Of a stretch of DNA of 64,000 bases, positions 58,828 to 64,000 are shown piece by piece. The stretch comes from an uncultured Alphaproteobacteria bacterium (GTDB lineage Bacteria > Pseudomonadota > Alphaproteobacteria > Rhizobiales > Beijerinckiaceae). The stretch lies in the NCBI GenBank assembly GCA_963742305.1, contig CAVULN010000046.1, forward strand, positions 13,183 through 77,182. Reading direction: 5' to 3'. Position numbers and translations under genes: made by a program. The stretch's first letter is position 1. Every line of letters begins with the position of its first letter. Under the pieces are notes generated by a model. The model worked only from the letters and a program-made list of their open reading frames with translations. It did not search any database and was not told where the DNA came from.

Positions 58828-61501
58828 ATGAGCGGCGTCAACGACATTCGTTCGAACTTTCTCGAGTTCTTCGCCAGGCACGGGCACACCCCCGTGCCGT
58901 CGAGCTCGCTCGTGCCGCGCAACGACCCCACCCTCATGTTCACCAACGCCGGCATGGTGCAGTTCAAGAACGTCTTCACCGGCGTCGAGAAGCGCCCTTA
59001 TGTCCGGGCTGCGACGGCGCAGAAATGCGTGCGCGCCGGGGGCAAGCACAACGACCTCGACAATGTCGGCTATACCGCGCGCCACCACACCTTCTTCGAG
59101 ATGCTCGGCAACTTCTCGTTCGGCGATTATTTCAAGGACCTCGCGATCGAGTTCGCCTGGAATCTGCTGACGCGCGATTTCGGGCTGCCGGCCGACAAGC
59201 TCACCGTCACCGTCTATCACGACGACGACGAGGCTTTTGATCTTTGGCGCAAGATCTCCGGCTTGCCGGAGGAGCGGATCATCCGCATCGCGACAAGCGA
59301 CAATTTCTGGGCGATGGGCGACACCGGCCCCTGCGGCCCGTGCTCGGAGATCTTCTACGACCACGGGGACCATATCCCGGGCGGCCCGCCCGGCTCGCCG
59401 GACGCGGACGGCGACCGCTTCATTGAGATCTGGAACCTCGTGTTCATGCAGTTCGAGACGTTGGCCAGCGGCGAGCGGATCAACCTGCCCCGTCCCTCGG
59501 TCGACACCGGCATGGGGCTCGAGCGCATCGCGGCCGTCCTTCAGGGCGTGCATGACAATTACGACATCGACCTCTTCCGCGCGCTGATCCGCGCCAGCGC
59601 CGATCTCACCGGCGTCGATCCGGACGGCCCCCAGCGCGCCTCGCACCGGGTCATCGCGGACCACCTGCGCGCTTCCGCCTTCCTTGTCGCCGACGGCGTG
59701 CTGCCGTCGAACGAGGGCCGCGGCTATGTGCTCCGCCGCATCATGCGCCGCGCGATGCGCCACGCGCAGATTCTCGGCGCGCGCGATCCGCTGATGTGGC
59801 GCCTCGTTCCCGCGCTGATCCACGAGATGGGCCAGGCCTATCCGGAACTCATTCGCGCGGAGGCGCTGATCTCGGAGACCCTGAAACTCGAGGAGACACG
59901 CTTCCGCTCGGCGCTGGCGCGGGGCTTATCCATTCTCGAGGACGAGACGCGCTCGCTTGGGCAGGGCGGCATGCTCAATGGCGAGACCGCATTCAAGCTC
60001 TACGACACCTACGGGTTCCCGCTCGATCTCACGCAGGACGCCTTGCGCGCTCGCGGTCTCTCGGTCGACACGAAGGGCTTCAACGCCGCGATGGAGCGCC
60101 AGCGGGCCGAGGCGCGCCGCGCCTGGGCGGGCTCGGGAGAAGCCGCGACCGAGACCGTCTGGTATGCTTTGCGCGAGCGCGTCGGGGCGACCGAGTTTCT
60201 CGGCTACGAGACCGAGACGGCGGAGGGCGTCATCCGCGCGATCCTCAAGGACGGCGTCGAGGTCGAGACGCTGGAGGGCGGCGAGCGCGGCTCGCTCATC
60301 CTCAATCAGACGCCCTTCTACGGCGAATCGGGCGGCCAGGTCGGCGACGTCGGCGAGATCGCCGCGCCCGGCTTTCGCGCGAAGGTCACCGACACGCGCA
60401 AGAAGCTCGGCGATCTCATCGTCCACGACGTGACCGTCGTCGCGGGCGCCGCGCGTCCGGGCCTCGCGGTCGAGCTTTCCGTCGATCACGACGCGCGCGC
60501 GGCGACCCGCGCCAACCATTCGGCGACTCATATCCTGCATGAGGCGTTGCGCATGGTGCTCGGCGATCATGTGGCGCAGAAAGGCTCGCTCGTTTCGCCC
60601 GAGCGGCTGCGCTTCGACTTCGCCCATCCGAAGCCGATCAGCCGCGCCGAGATGGAGAAGATCGAGGACATCGCCAATCGCGTGGTGCTCGAGAACGCGG
60701 AAGTGACGACGCGGCTCATGGGGCTGGACGACGCGCGCGCGCTCGGCGCCCGCGCGCTGTTCGGCGAGAAATACGGCGACGAGGTGCGCGTGGTCTCCAT
60801 GGGCGAGGTCGACGACGGCCACGACCACGAGCGGACCTATTCGATCGAGCTTGTGCGGCGGCACCCATGTCAGGCGCACCGGCGACATCGGCCTCATCGC
60901 CGTCGTCGGCGAAAGCGCGGTCGCCGCGGGGGTGCGGCGCATCGAAGCGAAGACGCGCGACGAAGCGCGCAAGCGCCTCGAAGCGGATTCGCGCGCATAC
61001 GCCGAGCTGACCTCGCTCATGCGCGCGCCGGCCGGCGAGGCGGTCGAACGGCTGGAAGCCCTGATCGACGACAAGCGCAAGCTCGAGCGCGAGCTTGCCG
61101 ACGCGAAGCGGAAGCTCGCTATGGGCGGCGGAGGCGGGCCGGCGAACGACGCGGTGCGCGAGGTCGCGGGAGTGAAGTTCTATTCCCGCGCGGTCAGCGG
61201 CGTCGACATGAAGGACCTGAAGTCGCTCGCCGACGAGGCCAAGCAGAGCGTGGGTTCCGGCGTGGCGGCGATTGCGGCTTCGAGCGAGGACGGCAAGGCC
61301 AGCATCGTCGTCGCCGTCACCCCCGATCTCACGAGCCGCTTCAACGCGGTTGAGCTCGTGCGCCTTGGCTCGGCGGCGCTCGGCGGCAAGGGCGGCGGCG
61401 GGCGCCCCGACATGGCGCAGGCCGGCGGCCCCGAGGGCGCGAAGACGCGCGAAGCTCTGGCCGCAGTCGAAGAGGGCGTGCGCCGGGCGGCCGGGGCCTG
61501 A
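58828..61501 (+). CDS. alaS: Alanine--tRNA ligase; frameshift near 60851
   Basis: [64 protein letters not shown]. Confidence 0.96.
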
Positions 61502-61568
61502 GCCTTGGAGATGCGCTTTGGGCGAGCTCGGCAACGCCGTCCAAAGGGCGTTCGGAAGGACGTCGGGG

Positions 61569-62252
61569 CTATGGGCTCGCCAATAGCAGGGCGTCGCAGG
61601 CGGCCTCGAGCTGATCGAAATGGGCGATCACCCGGTCCGGTCCGAGCTGGCTCACCGGGATGTCGGTATAGCCGTAAGTGACCGCGATCACGGGGACCTT
61701 CGCTGCGCGGGCGGTTTTGATGTCGGTCGCCGAATCCCCGACCATGATCGCGCGCTCGCTCGATCCGCCGGCAGCGGCGATGGTCTTGAGCAGCGGCCTC
61801 GCGTCCGGCTTGCCGACGCCGAACGTGTCCTGGCCGCAGACAAAGGCGAAAAGCTCGGCGATCCCGAGCTTCGAGATCAGCAGCCTGGCCGAGCTTTCGA
61901 TCTTGTTGGTGCAGACCGCCTGCCGAACGCCTGAGCGGGCGAAAGCGCGAAGCGTCTTCCCGACGCCTGGATAAAGCTCGGTGCGATCGGCGATATGGGC
62001 GTTGTAATAGTCGAGATAATCGGCGAACAGCGCCTCGAGCGTCGGCGCCTCGAGGGTCCTGCCGGAAGCGAGGAAGCCACGCGCGATCAAGGCCCGTGCG
62101 CCGGCCCCGAGGAGCGAGCGGGCGCTTTCGACCTCGACTGGCCCGAGGCCTTCCCTGCCGAGCAGCCAATTCAACGTCGCGATCAGGTCCGCCGCCGTGT
62201 CGGCCAGCGTGCCGTCGAGATCGTAGACGATGGTCGGCGCGAGAATCGCCAT
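61569..62252 (-). CDS. gph: Phosphoglycolate phosphatase (HAD)
   Basis: YDLDGTLAD, CTNK, KPD, MVGDS..DI. Confidence 0.85.
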   Translation of the reverse strand: MAILAPTIVYDLDGTLADTAADLIATLNWLLGREGLGPVEVESARSLLGAGARALIARGFLASGRTLEAPTLEALFADYLDYYNAHIADRTELYPGVGKTLRAFARSGVRQAVCTNKIESSARLLISKLGIAELFAFVCGQDTFGVGKPDARPLLKTIAAAGGSSERAIMVGDSATDIKTARAAKVPVIAVTYGYTDIPVSQLGPDRVIAHFDQLEAACDALLLASP

Positions 62253-63073
62253 CAGGTCCAGAAAGCGGGTTCGGCTGGCTCGAGAAGACCGCCGATCCGC
62301 ACCGGCGCGATCGCCTTGGCCAGGCCGTCGTCGCCGATCTCGACCGCCACCGCGCACAAGGTCGCAGGCCCCAGCGCCGGCTCGAAGCGGCCTGACGGGA
62401 TCTTGCTCGTGAACCGTCGCAGCGGCTCGTCCTTTTCCATCCCGATCACCGAATCATAGTCCCCGGTCATGCCGACGTCGGTCATGAAGCCCGCGCCTCC
62501 GGGCAGGATGCGATGATCGGCGCTCGGCGCATGCGTATGGGTGCCGACGATCAGGCTCGTCTTGCCGTCGACGAAATGGGCGAAGGCCCACTTCTCGCTC
62601 GACGCTTCGGCGTGGAAGTCCACGACCGAAGCGTCACAGCCTTCACCGAGCGGACAAGCGCCAAGCTCGCGCTTCACGGCTGCGAACGGGTCGTCGAGCG
62701 CGTCCATGAAGATGCGGCCCATCACGTTGACCACGAGAAGCCGCGCGCCCGTCCTGCTCTCGACCAGGGTCGATCCCCGTCCCGGCGTCCCGGATGGAAA
62801 ATTGGCCGGGCGAACGAGGCGAGGCGCCCGCTCGATGAAAACCAGCGCCTCGCGCTGGTCGAAGGCATGATTGCCGAGCGTCACCGCGTCGGCGCCCGCG
62901 GCGAGGAAGTCCTCGAAGATCGCCTCCGTGAGGCCGAAGCCGCCGGCCGCGTTCTCCCCGTTGACGATGACGAAATCGAGTTCCCAGCGGGCGCGCAGCA
63001 GAGGAACCTGCTCGATGAGCGCGGCGCGCCCGGACCGCCCGACAACGTCGCCAATGAACAAGAGACGGATCAT
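62252..63073 (-). CDS. YmdB/TIGR00282 family metallophosphoesterase
   Basis: GDVVG, NGENAAGG, TLGNH, DFHAEA.SEK, GTHTH, TDVGMTG. Confidence 0.93.
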   Translation of the reverse strand: MIRLLFIGDVVGRSGRAALIEQVPLLRARWELDFVIVNGENAAGGFGLTEAIFEDFLAAGADAVTLGNHAFDQREALVFIERAPRLVRPANFPSGTPGRGSTLVESRTGARLLVVNVMGRIFMDALDDPFAAVKRELGACPLGEGCDASVVDFHAEASSEKWAFAHFVDGKTSLIVGTHTHAPSADHRILPGGAGFMTDVGMTGDYDSVIGMEKDEPLRRFTSKIPSGRFEPALGPATLCAVAVEIGDDGLAKAIAPVRIGGLLEPAEPAFWT

Positions 63074-63079
63074 CGCGGG

Positions 63080-63658
63080 CTAAAAGACAATGGTTTCCTG
63101 CTCGGTTATCAGCGCGTCGAGGCGCTGGTCATGGCTCTCATAAGGCACGGCGGCGATTTCGCATACCCCATAGGCGACGCCGGCCGCGTGGATGGGCTTC
63201 ATTGGGCGCAAGCGGTGAAGCGTCCGGTCATAGAAGCCCGCGCCATAGCCGATCCGGTGGCCCCGCCGGTCGAAACAGGCAAGCGGCGTGAACAGGAGAT
63301 CGGGATCGACCGCGGGCGCCGTCTCGAGGGGCTCGCGGATCGCCATCGCGCCCGCAGCGGTCGGCTCGCCCGGACGCCAGAGGCGAAAGACGAGCGGCTT
63401 CCCGCGGCCGGCGACGACCGGCAAGGCGGTCGCGTAGCCCTCGCCTGCGAGCGCTGCGATCAGAGGACCCGTATCCGGCTCGTCGCCGAGCGGATGAAAG
63501 GCCGAGACGATCCCAGGGCGCCAGAGGCGCGCGAGGCGCAAACCCTCTTCGGCTAAGCGTTGGGCGAAAGCGGTGCGGACTGCGGGAGCGAGCGCCGCGC
63601 GCCGGGCGAGGGCGTCGCGGCGGAGCGCGGTCTTCGGATCGGCGTTGGTCGAGGTCAA
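63080..63658 (-). CDS. 5-formyltetrahydrofolate cyclo-ligase
   Basis: K..LRR, PL.CFD..GHRIGYGAGFYDRTL, HDQRLD..ITE; TTG start; downstream of 6S RNA. Confidence 0.92.
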   Translation of the reverse strand: MTSTNADPKTALRRDALARRAALAPAVRTAFAQRLAEEGLRLARLWRPGIVSAFHPLGDEPDTGPLIAALAGEGYATALPVVAGRGKPLVFRLWRPGEPTAAGAMAIREPLETAPAVDPDLLFTPLACFDRRGHRIGYGAGFYDRTLHRLRPMKPIHAAGVAYGVCEIAAVPYESHDQRLDALITEQETIVF

Positions 63659-63691
63659 GGGCGCCGGTCCGGAGAAGCGTGAAAGGCGAAA

Positions 63692-63848
63692 GCGCGGAGC
63701 CGAGACGGCCGTTGGACGGTGATCCCGGGCGCCTACGTAAGTAGGTGGGAGCCATATGCCGAAGCCCACGGGCCTCGGCAGGGACAGCCCCCATGGGGAT
63801 CGTACGGCCCCGAGGAATATTGTCCTGACGCGCCACCCAGCTCCGCAC
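63692..63848 (-). ncRNA. ssrS: 6S RNA
   Basis: Terminal GCGGAGC/GCTCCGC pairing, alphaproteobacterial 6S motifs (CTGTCCCTG, CCCACCTAC), conserved position upstream of the cyclo-ligase, TAAATA -10 just upstream. Confidence 0.88.
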
Positions 63849-64000
63849 CACGTATTTAGGCGCATCAGAGGCAAATGGCCAGTGCGCGACGGAAGCGTTC
63901 CCCATTCTTGCAAGCTTTCGACCGGCGCCGCCAGGCTTCGCATGGCGGAAGGGACGAGCCGGTCCAACGGCCGTTGGTATAGGATCGCGGGACCATGACT

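Noticed and set aside
2368-61501. Many split genes (extensin-like, SoxYZ-like, mttB-like, prfC, DUF2778, TTC38-like, recF, P450, SLT, alaS) as pseudogenes or programmed frameshifts
   Set aside because: Mostly single-base insertions without shared slippery motifs, hitting essential alaS while coding motifs stay intact; best explained as sequencing or consensus errors
1-64000. CRISPR arrays, tRNA/rRNA, IS elements, integrases, prophage
   Set aside because: No regularly spaced repeats, tRNA motifs, or transposase, integrase or phage structural ORFs detected by eye

Overview
High-GC alphaproteobacterial chromosome (Hyphomicrobiales/Rhizobiales-type; gene content such as PEPxxWA-CTERM and HdeA-like proteins suggests a Roseiarcus/Beijerinckiaceae-like soil bacterium, which is inference). 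Housekeeping genes include rpsD, manC, prfC, dcp-like M3 peptidase, recF, lysA, cmk, epmB-like, icd, alaS, gph, a YmdB-family phosphoesterase, 5-formyl-THF cyclo-ligase and 6S RNA. They are interspersed with small accessory modules. No tRNA, rRNA, CRISPR array, integrase or transposase was seen. At least ten genes, including essential alaS, are split by mostly single-base indels, which most likely are long-read consensus errors. Most interesting: (1) a Tat-signal-bearing atypical cytochrome P450-like gene without redox partners, paired with an outer-membrane beta-barrel and a palindromic operator (34.7-37.4 kb); (2) a lower-GC islet with AraC, an aromatic-acid MFS and a plant SABATH-like methyltransferase (52-55.4 kb); (3) a 3-TM holin-like domain fused to a GH19 lytic domain outside any prophage; (4) a protealysin/emfourin pair whose inhibitor may carry a signal peptide.
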